This document shows positions 45,998 through 54,981 of a stretch of 64,000 nucleotides of DNA, piece after piece. Under the pieces are notes generated by a model. It saw only the letters and a program-made list of their open reading frames with translations. It made no database searches and had not been told where the DNA came from. Origin of the DNA: Candidatus Gastranaerophilales bacterium (GTDB lineage Bacteria > Cyanobacteriota > Vampirovibrionia > Gastranaerophilales > Gastranaerophilaceae); assembly GCA_944325115.1 (NCBI GenBank), contig CALUYX010000001.1:8705-72704 (forward strand), written 5' to 3'. How positions within the stretch are numbered: position 1 is the first letter of the stretch; each line of letters opens with the position of its first letter. The translations under genes and the position numbers were made by a program.

Positions 45998-46819
45998 TTG
46001 AATATGGAGAATAAATTTTATCAAGATTTAAAAAGAAATTTTGATGAAGAAAATTTTGACTACAAGGTCTATTTGTCTATGCTCGACAGGCATTTAGACA
46101 AGCTTGAATGCCATGGGGATGTTTGTTTGAGGTTGTCGGGCGTAAAAAAGAGTTTTAAGTATATTTTTTCTAAATACAAAAATCTTTTTAAACTAAAGAA
46201 GCAAAATGACGAAATTTTCTCCCAAATACTTCATGATATCAAAAGCCCCATGCTTGGGATTAAATATGCTCTTGAAAACACTCAAAGAAGCGAGCTTGAT
46301 GAAGAAATATATAAAATAAACTTGGGTATTTTAGATACCATAGGAGATTTTTTAACTCTATATACGTTTAATGAGGGCTATGTACGCCTTGATTATCTTT
46401 TGTTTTCGCCTCCGGTTAGCATAAAACAAGTTCTTTCTCTTTATTCTCCAATGATAAAAAGCAAAAAACTGGAGCTTGAGTTTTGTGTAGATTCGAAATT
46501 AACTGAAATTTATTCAAATGAAAGTGTATTTAAGAGAATAATTTCAAACTTGATTTCAAATGCGATTAAGTACTCTGCGCAAGAGGGTAAAATCATATTT
46601 GATTTAAAAGATAAGCCAAATCATTTTGTGTTTAGCATTACTAACTCTGTGCAAAAAGATTCGCAAGCAGGCAAAAAAGATGAGAATTCCTACGGGTTAG
46701 GGCTTTTTATAACAAAAAGGTTGACAAAGAGAATAAAAGCAAGCCTTGCTGTTAAAAAGAGCAAGGATAAAGTTACGTTTATTTTAAAAGTGCCTAAAAT
46801 TGTCCGTCTAAGTCGCTGA
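45998..46819 (+). CDS. soluble orphan histidine kinase
   Basis: The H-box is ILHDIKSPMLGI, the N-box LISNAIKYS and the G2 box YGLGLFITKRL. There are no TM segments and no adjacent response regulator. Confidence 0.75.
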   Translation: MNMENKFYQDLKRNFDEENFDYKVYLSMLDRHLDKLECHGDVCLRLSGVKKSFKYIFSKYKNLFKLKKQNDEIFSQILHDIKSPMLGIKYALENTQRSELDEEIYKINLGILDTIGDFLTLYTFNEGYVRLDYLLFSPPVSIKQVLSLYSPMIKSKKLELEFCVDSKLTEIYSNESVFKRIISNLISNAIKYSAQEGKIIFDLKDKPNHFVFSITNSVQKDSQAGKKDENSYGLGLFITKRLTKRIKASLAVKKSKDKVTFILKVPKIVRLSR

Positions 46820-47063
46820 CGGTTATTTTGGCTGACATTTCAGCTATTACACGAGAAATCTCAAAGCCGCTTATCATAACTTCCAGTATTAGCTGAGAGT
46901 TGATAAGTACGGTTTCGGTGTATTCCATAGAATCCATGTCTAAAATTTCAAATTCTATAAAATCATCGCCGACATACTTAATTTTGCCAAATTCCGCATC
47001 TGTTGCCCATCTCAGGAATACTACGGCTTTTTCTAATGCCTTTAATTTTTGAATCATCCTCAT
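46794..47063 (-). CDS. hypothetical small protein (possibly Sm/barrel-like)
   Basis: 89-aa ORF. GKIKYVGDDFIEFEIL resembles small beta-barrel (DUF2642/LSm-like) proteins. It overlaps the kinase 3' end by 26 nt. Confidence 0.4.
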   Translation of the reverse strand: MRMIQKLKALEKAVVFLRWATDAEFGKIKYVGDDFIEFEILDMDSMEYTETVLINSQLILEVMISGFEISRVIAEMSAKITVSDLDGQF

Positions 47064-47074
47064 ACTTACATGAT

Positions 47075-47746
47075 ATGATTATTTTTATGAATGTCAATTT
47101 TATAAATACCGATTGTAACATTGTAAATTGCGGTAAGAAAAACATGGAACTTGATTTAAAGATGTTGCAGGATGCAATATTAAGCAAGCAGGATTTTTTG
47201 TCTTTGCGTTTTTATAACTGGTCGCCAAAGTGCTTAAGTCTGGGCAAAAATCAACCGTGGGAAGAATTTTATAATGATTTAGATATTGATATTGTAAGGC
47301 GACCCACAGGCGGTAGAGCTTTGTTACATGATATGGAGCTTACCTATTGTGTTGTTTGTCCGCAAAAAGAGGGGCAGAGTGTAATAGAATCATACAAAGA
47401 AATATCTGACGCTTTAATTTTGGGATTCAAGAAATTAAACATTGATTTAGAATACGCCTCTCATCGCAGCGCAAATATGCGCTATTGTATGAATATTTCT
47501 TGCGGGGCTGATGTTAGCTATATGGGTAAAAAATTAATCGGCTCGGCTCAGTTTCGCTCTCAGGGGTATATTCTTCAACATGGTTCAATTTTGTATGATT
47601 TGGATTTTGATTTAGCTGAAAAAATTTTCAGACAAAAAATTGATAAAGATTCTATTATCACGCTTAATGAAATAGATGGCAGTATTTCTCAAGAAAACCT
47701 TATTGAAGCTCTTAGACTTGGTTTTTGTGAAAAATTTCAAAAATAA
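47075..47746 (+). CDS. lipoate-protein ligase / octanoyltransferase family catalytic domain protein (LplA/LipM-like)
   Basis: It has RRPTGGRALLHDMELTYCVV and the catalytic-Lys region GKKLIGSAQFRSQG. The start is uncertain. I chose 47075 so as not to overlap the divergent gene; 47087 and 47144 are alternatives. Confidence 0.7.
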   Translation: MIIFMNVNFINTDCNIVNCGKKNMELDLKMLQDAILSKQDFLSLRFYNWSPKCLSLGKNQPWEEFYNDLDIDIVRRPTGGRALLHDMELTYCVVCPQKEGQSVIESYKEISDALILGFKKLNIDLEYASHRSANMRYCMNISCGADVSYMGKKLIGSAQFRSQGYILQHGSILYDLDFDLAEKIFRQKIDKDSIITLNEIDGSISQENLIEALRLGFCEKFQK

Positions 47747-47888
47747 TGTAAATTTTATTTTAATTAATAAAATTTAATTTTTTAGCAATTTTTATATTTA
47801 CGGTTTTTGTATATAATGCTAGTACCTGCTTTTTTATAAAAGTTTGTGAAGTCTGAATATGAAATATAAAGTTGAAGTTTAACAACAA

Positions 47889-50081
47889 ATGCAAATAAAG
47901 CCTTTATCCCTTGGAAATCTGTTTCAAAAACAGGGAGTTAATAAAAATAAATATCTTACATTGCCTGACTTTTCCAAATTAGAGAGAAGTCCAAAGGCTG
48001 ATATGTTTTCTTTTTGCGGCGCAGGGGCTGCTTTTTTGGATAAAGAAACAAGTACGAATAAAAAAAATACTTCCACAATAGAAGATTTTAGCTCTTACGA
48101 GCAAAGAAGGAAATATCTTGATAACAATAAAAGATATCAAGAATTGGTAAATGATAACTCTTTATACTACGACGAAGATGACATGGACCTTGCAGTTGTA
48201 GATGAAGACGGTTTTAGAAAAATAATTTCGTGTTTGGATAATGAATATTATTACAAGCTTGTAAGTCGCACCGCCTCTCCGTTTGCAGAGTTAAAAGATT
48301 CGGCGGATGTCGACAAAATGACGCTAGAGCACTTGGATAATATTTTGCAAAATGAAGATGTGCAAAAGGTCATAGATAAAAGAGGTGTTAGATATGATGA
48401 GTTAATGCAGGCTGCCCTTTTAAAAGAGGACGAATTTTCTCAATTTGATTCGTTTATTAATAATAGCAGTATCAGAAAGCTTTTTCTGACAGGCGGTATT
48501 AAAATTCAAACCCTAATCAGGTTTACAAAATTTAGTCCGTCTGCGATTAATAAATTGCACTCTATATTAAATAACAGCAGTATTCAAAAGCTGGCACAAG
48601 AGAATAAAATTAACGGTAGCGACTTTACTAATTTCCTGTATCTAAATTCTGATGAATACGAAAGGCTTGCAGGTTTATTGACTGATTTTCGAATCAGAAG
48701 AATGATAGATAACAATAAAGCCACTGCAAGTGACTTGACTGATATTGCGTATATGAGTGATGAAGAGATTGGTAACTACAATAGAATCGTAAATAACGAT
48801 AATATCTCAAAACTCATTGATAATGGGGGTATTGGTGCAGAGCATATTGTTCGTATGGCGTGTTTAGATAAGTATGATTTTAAAAATGTTGATTTTGTAA
48901 TATCAAGCGAAGTGTTTCAAAAGCTTTTGGAAAATAAAAAAATTGACCCTTTGTTTTTTGATTTTTTTGTTAATTTAAACTATGACGGTTTAGATAGATT
49001 TACAAAATTACTAAAAGATAAAAGAATTAAGATGCTTGTAAAAAACAATAAGATAAATTCTTCAAATCTTCTTAATATGATTCCTTTTAATATTAAGGGA
49101 GAAACAATAAAAAATACCCTGTATTTACAAAATAACGGTTTTGAAGAAGTTAACCCTTTAACTGTTGCACAAATATTAAAGAGCAATCCTGACTTTGATG
49201 CCAAAGATTTTTGTGCTTATGCAAAACAAGTTGATTTTAATGAGATAGAAAAAATCGTGCCGGAGGTTAAAAACTTTAACTCCACAAATAGGTTGTATTT
49301 TCTAAATTATCATTATGGCGAAAGAAAAACACATTTTGAACCTCAAGATTTTCAACTTGGTGAGGATTTTGGTGAATATTTAACCAAAAAATTCTCCAAT
49401 GCAGATGAGGTAGTTAAGCTTTATTCGATATTTCCTACAATTTCAAGAAATGTCGGAAATTTGCCTGATGGCTGGACAAAAGATATAGCAGATGAAGATG
49501 TTGATTTTGTTAAGGATGAAGTTATAAATTCTATAGACAATTTTATAAAAACAAAAAATCCTGATTCTCTTCAAGAGTCCTTGAGTGATATTTTTAATAA
49601 AAAAGTAACAGTGGAAAAAATTGGCGAAGGCTCTTTTGGTGCGGCGTATAAAATCTCTGTGCCTGATTCAAAAGATGTATGTCTTAAGATATTTCATGAA
49701 GTTTCAAAAAATCCTGACTTTATTGCAAAGCCGGGGCTAAAAAATGAGCACGGACGTTTTATTGAAGTTCAAAACGCTCTGTTTGCAAATGCGCACAGTA
49801 GAGATTATGTAAAAATGTATTTTGGGCGCGTTGGTCTTGAGGGTAGAAATGACGCTTTTATGGTCACTCAGTATTTAACAAATATGGATAAGGTTGAAGA
49901 AACTCAAATGCTTTCTGATGCTGATGATTATAGAATTATACCATTGGACGATACTACCGGTAATTATGTATACACTAACGGAAGGCTTATCTATATTGAT
50001 TTTGGTGCGCTAAAAATTGTTAATAAAAAAACCGGTGAAAACATAACAAAGGGTAAATGGGCAAGGACGGGCGCTTTTTAA
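47889..50081 (+). CDS. repeat protein (seven ~37-aa helical repeats) fused to a minimal protein-kinase-like domain
   Basis: 730 aa. The repeats span roughly 48327-49128, with consensus NNxxIxKLIxNxKIxxxDL. The C-terminal kinase motifs are IGEGSFGAAYKI (Gly loop), VCLKIF (VAIK Lys), LDDTTGN (catalytic D...N) and IDFG (DFG). The protein ends ~25 aa after the DFG. Confidence 0.75.
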   Translation: MQIKPLSLGNLFQKQGVNKNKYLTLPDFSKLERSPKADMFSFCGAGAAFLDKETSTNKKNTSTIEDFSSYEQRRKYLDNNKRYQELVNDNSLYYDEDDMDLAVVDEDGFRKIISCLDNEYYYKLVSRTASPFAELKDSADVDKMTLEHLDNILQNEDVQKVIDKRGVRYDELMQAALLKEDEFSQFDSFINNSSIRKLFLTGGIKIQTLIRFTKFSPSAINKLHSILNNSSIQKLAQENKINGSDFTNFLYLNSDEYERLAGLLTDFRIRRMIDNNKATASDLTDIAYMSDEEIGNYNRIVNNDNISKLIDNGGIGAEHIVRMACLDKYDFKNVDFVISSEVFQKLLENKKIDPLFFDFFVNLNYDGLDRFTKLLKDKRIKMLVKNNKINSSNLLNMIPFNIKGETIKNTLYLQNNGFEEVNPLTVAQILKSNPDFDAKDFCAYAKQVDFNEIEKIVPEVKNFNSTNRLYFLNYHYGERKTHFEPQDFQLGEDFGEYLTKKFSNADEVVKLYSIFPTISRNVGNLPDGWTKDIADEDVDFVKDEVINSIDNFIKTKNPDSLQESLSDIFNKKVTVEKIGEGSFGAAYKISVPDSKDVCLKIFHEVSKNPDFIAKPGLKNEHGRFIEVQNALFANAHSRDYVKMYFGRVGLEGRNDAFMVTQYLTNMDKVEETQMLSDADDYRIIPLDDTTGNYVYTNGRLIYIDFGALKIVNKKTGENITKGKWARTGAF

Positions 50082-50093
50082 TTTAAAAGGATT

Positions 50094-50489
50094 TTGTTGA
50101 CAGGATTGAATATGAATAAAAAAGAATACAGTTTTGACGCTTTGCCTCTTGATATCAATATTGCAAAAATGCAATTTAATATTTTAAGGTATGTTGAAAA
50201 AGAAATTTTAAATGAAGAAAATTTTAAGTCGATTACTGAATCATACAAAAACAAAGATACAAGAGTCAGTATTGATGAAATTAAAATTTCTTGTAAATAT
50301 TCAGATACAAGCACGTATGAAGTGATTGTAGCAATCTGCGCTGTTTCTTCTAAGATACATTGCGAGCAAAAACTTTTTTGCGGCACAAAAGAAGAGCTAA
50401 TGAAGTATTTAAAAGATTCGGATAAACAGTTTTTCTCTAAAGTAAAAGAGCTTGCTTTAGGTGTTTCTGAACAAAGCAAGACTTTGTAG
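50094..50489 (+). CDS. hypothetical protein
   Basis: 131-aa ORF just downstream of the kinase-like gene, with an alternative ATG at 50112. Its composition is far more protein-like than the fully overlapping minus-strand ORF 50078..50497. Confidence 0.5.
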   Translation: MLTGLNMNKKEYSFDALPLDINIAKMQFNILRYVEKEILNEENFKSITESYKNKDTRVSIDEIKISCKYSDTSTYEVIVAICAVSSKIHCEQKLFCGTKEELMKYLKDSDKQFFSKVKELALGVSEQSKTL

Positions 50490-51548
50490 TTAAACAAGTA
50501 TTTCGCTGCATTTTTTTTCGTATTTTTTTATTTGCAAGAGAGAAAACTCTTCCATATTGCAATTTGAATAAAAATTCTTGTACCATTCAACAGTTGCGCT
50601 GACCGTTTGTTCAATATCAAGTACGCATTGCCAACCTAACTGAGTTTTTGCTTTTTGGGGGTTTAGCATAAGCAAAGTTGCCTCATGCAGAGAGTCTTTT
50701 TTGTTGATTTCGACCTTTCCTTGTCCCCAGTAGTTGATTGTTTTTTTTACAATGTCGCCAACACACAGTATCGAGTTTTCATTGGGACCAAAATTGTACC
50801 CTTGAGCATACTTTTGTCCGCAGGAAAAAAGTTTTTCTCCAAGTATCATATAGCCTCTTAGGGGTTCTAATACATGCTGCCAGGGTCTTGTTGCTTCAGG
50901 GTGGCGTATTTCTATTGTTTCGCCCTTGGCAAGGCTTTTTATGCAGTCGGGAATAAGCCTGTCTTGTGCCCAGTCTCCACCGCCGATTACATTTCCGGCT
51001 CGCGCTGTTGCCATTGCGTATCCGTTTTGTAAAAAAGAGCGCCTGAATGACGACGACATAATTTCTACACATCCTTTTGATGATGAGTACATGTCGTATC
51101 CGCCCATAGGGTCGTCTTCGTCGTAGCCTCTTTTAATTTCTTTATTTTCATAACACTTATCTGTTGTGATATTCACAAAAGATTTGACACTTTCGCATTC
51201 TCTTGCTGCCTGAAGTACATTTAAAGTGCCCATTACGTTTGTTTGATACGTTTCAATGGGCTGTGAGTATGAAAGCCTTACAAGGGGTTGTGCTGCAAGG
51301 TGAAAAACAATTTCCGGTTTAAAAGAGTTAAAAGCTTTTTTCAGGCTTTCAAAGTCTCTTATGTCGCCAATTTTAGAATTGCAAAATGATGAAATGTTTG
51401 ACTGATTATACAGAGATATTTCTTCCTGTTTAAGTGCATAGCCAAGTACTTCTGCTCCAAGGTATGACAACCATAGCGCGAGCCAAGAGCCCTTAAAACC
51501 TGTGTGACCTGTTATAAGTACTTTTTTATTTTTATAAAATTCAAACAC
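50490..51548 (-). CDS. rfbG: CDP-glucose 4,6-dehydratase
   Basis: VLITGHTGFKGSWLALWL is present, with an SDR YxxxK in YSSSKGCVE. The 352-aa length is typical of RfbG/DdhB. Confidence 0.88.
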   Translation of the reverse strand: MFEFYKNKKVLITGHTGFKGSWLALWLSYLGAEVLGYALKQEEISLYNQSNISSFCNSKIGDIRDFESLKKAFNSFKPEIVFHLAAQPLVRLSYSQPIETYQTNVMGTLNVLQAARECESVKSFVNITTDKCYENKEIKRGYDEDDPMGGYDMYSSSKGCVEIMSSSFRRSFLQNGYAMATARAGNVIGGGDWAQDRLIPDCIKSLAKGETIEIRHPEATRPWQHVLEPLRGYMILGEKLFSCGQKYAQGYNFGPNENSILCVGDIVKKTINYWGQGKVEINKKDSLHEATLLMLNPQKAKTQLGWQCVLDIEQTVSATVEWYKNFYSNCNMEEFSLLQIKKYEKKCSEILV

Positions 51549-52328
51549 TTAATTTCTCCATATCGCCCAAGGTGCTGAGCCTGTCATCCACATATCCGTG
51601 AGCTGCATTTTGTCTTTTAATGTATCCATCGGTCGCCAAAAGCCCTCATGTTTGTATGAATTCAGCTTATTGTCGCGCGCCAGATTTTCAAGAGGTTCTT
51701 TTTCAAACACTGTCGAACTTGTGTTTTTTATGTAATCATATACTTCAGGTTCACAAACAAAGAATCCGCCATTAACCCAAGAGTTATCCCCTTTTGGTTT
51801 TTCGCTGAATGAAGAAATTGAGCCATCGGACTCTATGTTTAGCGCGCCATATTTACCGCTTGGTTGTACGGCTGTCATGGTAACTGTTTTCTTTGATTTT
51901 TTGTGATTCTCAATCAGTTTTTTGATATCTATATCTGCAACGCCATCTCCATATGTGAGAAGGAAGGGGTGATTTTTGGTGTATGCTTTAGCTTTTGCTA
52001 TTCTGCCGCCAGTCATTGTGTCTTGTCCTGTATACAACATTGTTACTTTCCAGGGTTCAACTCTTTGTTTGTGAATTTCGACAGAATTTCTTTTCATATC
52101 GATTGTTATATCGGAGTATCGGGTGTAGTAGTTTATAAAATACTCCTTAATAATATGTGATTTGTAGCCTGTTAGGATAATAAAATCGTTAAATCCGAAG
52201 TACGAGTATATTTTCATGATGTGCCACAAAATAGGTCTCCCGCCTATTTCTACCATTGGTTTTGGTCGAAGCTCCGTTTCTTCGCTTAATCTTGTCCCCA
52301 GCCCGCCGGCCAAAATTACTACTTTCAT
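51549..52328 (-). CDS. rfbF: glucose-1-phosphate cytidylyltransferase
   Basis: The sequence MKVVILAGGLGTRLSEETELRPKPMVEIGGRPILWHIMK matches RfbF/DdhA. It abuts rfbG with no gap. Confidence 0.9.
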   Translation of the reverse strand: MKVVILAGGLGTRLSEETELRPKPMVEIGGRPILWHIMKIYSYFGFNDFIILTGYKSHIIKEYFINYYTRYSDITIDMKRNSVEIHKQRVEPWKVTMLYTGQDTMTGGRIAKAKAYTKNHPFLLTYGDGVADIDIKKLIENHKKSKKTVTMTAVQPSGKYGALNIESDGSISSFSEKPKGDNSWVNGGFFVCEPEVYDYIKNTSSTVFEKEPLENLARDNKLNSYKHEGFWRPMDTLKDKMQLTDMWMTGSAPWAIWRN

Positions 52329-52388
52329 AAAATACCTTTATATATAATATTTGTTTTTATGTTATCATGACAAAAAACATGGTGGAAT

Positions 52389-52925
52389 ATGAAGTTTACA
52401 AAACTTGAAATTGAGGGTGCATATTTAATTGAAATTGAACCGCATAACGATAATCGCGGTTTTTTTGCGAGAGGTTTTTGTGCAAAAGAATTAAAAGAAA
52501 AAACAGGAATAGACTTTAAGGTTTGTCAGGCTAATGTTTCTTTTAATGCTAAAAAAGGTACAATTCGGGGTATGCACTATCAGATTCATCCTTATGAAGA
52601 GCAAAAAATTGTTTCTTGTGTAAAGGGTGCAATTTTTGATGTTGTGCTTGATTTAAGAAAGAATAGTCCAACATATCTTAAATGGCTCGGTTATGAACTA
52701 AGTGAGGATAACTATAAAATGCTCCTTATTCCAAGGGGATGTGCACATGGGTTTCAGTCACTAAGAGATGATACGGTGCTTAATTATAAGGTTGACCAAT
52801 ACTTCACTCCTAATGCAGATAGTGGTGTGAGGTATGATGACCCGCTTGTAAATATTGATTTTCCGATAAAAGAAAACATTGTAATTTCTGATAAAGATAA
52901 ATCGCATAAGGACTGGGTGTATTAG
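52389..52925 (+). CDS. NDP-4-keto-6-deoxyhexose 3,5-epimerase-like cupin (RfbC family)
   Basis: It has DNRGFF, GTIRGMHYQ and CAHGFQSL in RmlC-type order. The protein is 178 aa. Confidence 0.85.
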   Translation: MKFTKLEIEGAYLIEIEPHNDNRGFFARGFCAKELKEKTGIDFKVCQANVSFNAKKGTIRGMHYQIHPYEEQKIVSCVKGAIFDVVLDLRKNSPTYLKWLGYELSEDNYKMLLIPRGCAHGFQSLRDDTVLNYKVDQYFTPNADSGVRYDDPLVNIDFPIKENIVISDKDKSHKDWVY

Positions 52926-52941
52926 TTGTGAGGGGCTAAGT

Positions 52942-53943
52942 ATGGATGTGATAAAATTTTTAGAGAAAAATACGAGGTCGATAACAAGGCCTGTAAAAAA
53001 AATGTGTAAGTGGGCGTATTATGATATGGGTTTAAACGTTGCTCATTCCAGGTTTGTGAATAGTAGAATTAATAAAATTATAAAATCTAAAAACGTTAAA
53101 TATATAAAAATAAGAAATAAGGAAGATTATTATCAATTTGAAAAAGAGCAAAGCGAGCTACTTGCTTTTTCTAGAAAATATGCTCTTGATTTGAAAAACT
53201 GCTTAAAATATCCGCTAGAATATAGTGGTGTTTGTATTTCTTGTGGTAGAAAAGTTAAATTTAGTTCCGAAATGTTATATGAGTATTCGCAAGAGCCAAT
53301 GCTTTCGGAAACAATAGTATGTCCAAAATGTGGGCTTTCAAACAGGGTAAGGCAACTTTTTTATATCCTGTACAGAGAATTGCCTTTGAATAAAAAACTG
53401 AGTATTTTTGCGTTAGAGCGTGTTACTCCTTTTTACAAAAGTTTGGAGTCGAATTTTGGCTATAGGAGTAAAATTATAGCAAGCGAATTTTTAGGTGGCG
53501 ACTTAAAAAGTGGAGAAGTAGTAAATGGAATTTTGCACGAAGATGCAACTTCTTTAAGCTTTGAAAATAATAGTTTTGACGCAGTTGTTTCTAATCATGT
53601 ATACGAACATGTTGCTGATATAGATAAAACTTTAAGTGAGGCATACAGGGTCTTGAAAGTTGGTGGAAAGGTTATAGCGGGAATACCTATTGATATTAAA
53701 AAAGATAAAACTTTTGTGCGGGCAAAAATTGAAGATGGACAAATAGTATATCTTGCCGAAAAAGAGATACATGGCAATCCTTTGTCTGATAGTGGTTGTC
53801 TATGTTTTTATAATTATGGTTGGGATTTATTTGAAAAGTTTAAAAAAGCAGGCTTTAAAGATGTTTATTTATTAAATATCTTGAGTAAAGAACTTGGCAA
53901 TGTTTGTGATTATCCGGTAGCAACATTTGTGGCTGTAAAGTAG
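52942..53943 (+). CDS. class I SAM-dependent methyltransferase with N-terminal Cys4 zinc-ribbon-like insert
   Basis: CISCGRKV...CPKCG is followed by Methyltransf_11-like segments (FDAVVSNHVYEHVADIDKTLSEAYRVLKVGGKV). Confidence 0.75.
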   Translation: MDVIKFLEKNTRSITRPVKKMCKWAYYDMGLNVAHSRFVNSRINKIIKSKNVKYIKIRNKEDYYQFEKEQSELLAFSRKYALDLKNCLKYPLEYSGVCISCGRKVKFSSEMLYEYSQEPMLSETIVCPKCGLSNRVRQLFYILYRELPLNKKLSIFALERVTPFYKSLESNFGYRSKIIASEFLGGDLKSGEVVNGILHEDATSLSFENNSFDAVVSNHVYEHVADIDKTLSEAYRVLKVGGKVIAGIPIDIKKDKTFVRAKIEDGQIVYLAEKEIHGNPLSDSGCLCFYNYGWDLFEKFKKAGFKDVYLLNILSKELGNVCDYPVATFVAVK

Positions 53944-53948
53944 GGAAT

Positions 53949-54821
53949 ATGAAAAGAGTTATTATTACAGGTTCTACGGGCTTAATAGGCAAAGAGGCAA
54001 TTTTGCCCCTTAAAGATGCCGGATTTGAAGTCTTTGAACTCAGGCATGAAGTTTGTGATTTATTTGACAGCAGTTCTCTTGAAGAATTTTTTGCTAAAAT
54101 TAAGCCTCAGTATTTACTGCATTTTGCTTGGATAACGGGCGGCGATTATTTGACAAATCCGATAAACGAAAAATTTGTTACGTCAAGTATGGAAATGCTG
54201 AAGATTTTTAAAAAATACGGTGGCACAAGAGCTGTTTTTGCAGGAACTTGCTTTGAATACAAATTTAAAAACGAGCCTATAAAAGAAAATGACGAGCTAA
54301 ATCCTGCTACTTTGTATGCAATATCAAAAGATAAATTAAGAAAGCTTGCCCATGAGTTTTGCGCTCAAAACGGTATAAACTTTGGTTGGGGCAGGATATT
54401 TTATGTCTTTGGTCAAAATGAAAAGACAGGCAGACTAACCTCGACAATCGTAAATAATTTGCGTCAAAACAAGCCTGTTACAATAAACTCAGGCTCATTG
54501 CTCAGGGATTATATGTACACAAAAGATATTGCAAATGCATTTGTAAAGTTTCTCTGTACAGATGTAGATGGTTGTGTTAACATTGCAACAGGAAAGGCGA
54601 TTAGTTTAGAGGACTTTGCGCTAACATTTGCAAATTTAAAGGGAAAAGAAGAGTTGGTTATTGTTAAAAATGAAGTTGGAAATCAACCGCCTTTGATAGT
54701 TGCAGATATTGCAAGATTAAAAGATGAAGTGAAATTTGAAAACAAATATACTGTTGAGCAAGCTGTAAGAGAGATATTGAACGGGGAGAGTATTACCAAT
54801 ACCAAAGTTTTTTGTAGATAA
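53949..54821 (+). CDS. NAD(P)-dependent sugar epimerase/reductase (extended SDR)
   Basis: It has VIITGSTGLIGKE (the GxxGxxG region) and YAISKDKL (YxxxK). The protein is 290 aa. Confidence 0.85.
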   Translation: MKRVIITGSTGLIGKEAILPLKDAGFEVFELRHEVCDLFDSSSLEEFFAKIKPQYLLHFAWITGGDYLTNPINEKFVTSSMEMLKIFKKYGGTRAVFAGTCFEYKFKNEPIKENDELNPATLYAISKDKLRKLAHEFCAQNGINFGWGRIFYVFGQNEKTGRLTSTIVNNLRQNKPVTINSGSLLRDYMYTKDIANAFVKFLCTDVDGCVNIATGKAISLEDFALTFANLKGKEELVIVKNEVGNQPPLIVADIARLKDEVKFENKYTVEQAVREILNGESITNTKVFCR

Positions 54822-54981
54822 TTCTAAGGAAAAACAAGGAACTAAAATTTGCGGCAGCAAGGTTGAAATAATTTCTTTTGAAGATTATCTAAAATTAGAA
54901 AATCGTCCGGTTGTTATACTTTCTACATGTGCTAATTATTTAGAGCAAATAAAGACTTTGTTGGAGTTACACAATGTTTAG
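54781..54981 (+). pseudogene. start-less relic of the N-terminal domain of an FkbM-type methyltransferase
   Basis: This 66-codon open frame has no ATG/GTG/TTG near its 5' end. Its translation, TGRVLPIPKFFVDNSKEKQGTKICGSKVEIISFEDYLKLENRPVVILSTCANYLEQIKTLLELHNV, aligns with residues ~55-115 of the downstream paralog (HSILPVAFLDKNKTGTKLSVPIFHPKEYKNKDSLVVIAIVLNKSDRIELIKYLNSLGYNNI). It overlaps the SDR gene's 3' end and is out of frame with the 54974 ORF. Confidence 0.65.

Noticed and set aside
50078-50497. 139-aa minus-strand ORF fully overlapping the 50094..50489 + strand ORF.
   Set aside because: Its composition (S/F/L/C/I-rich, few charged residues) is typical of antisense translation of an AT-rich gene. 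The + strand ORF has balanced composition and follows the upstream gene in operon-like fashion.
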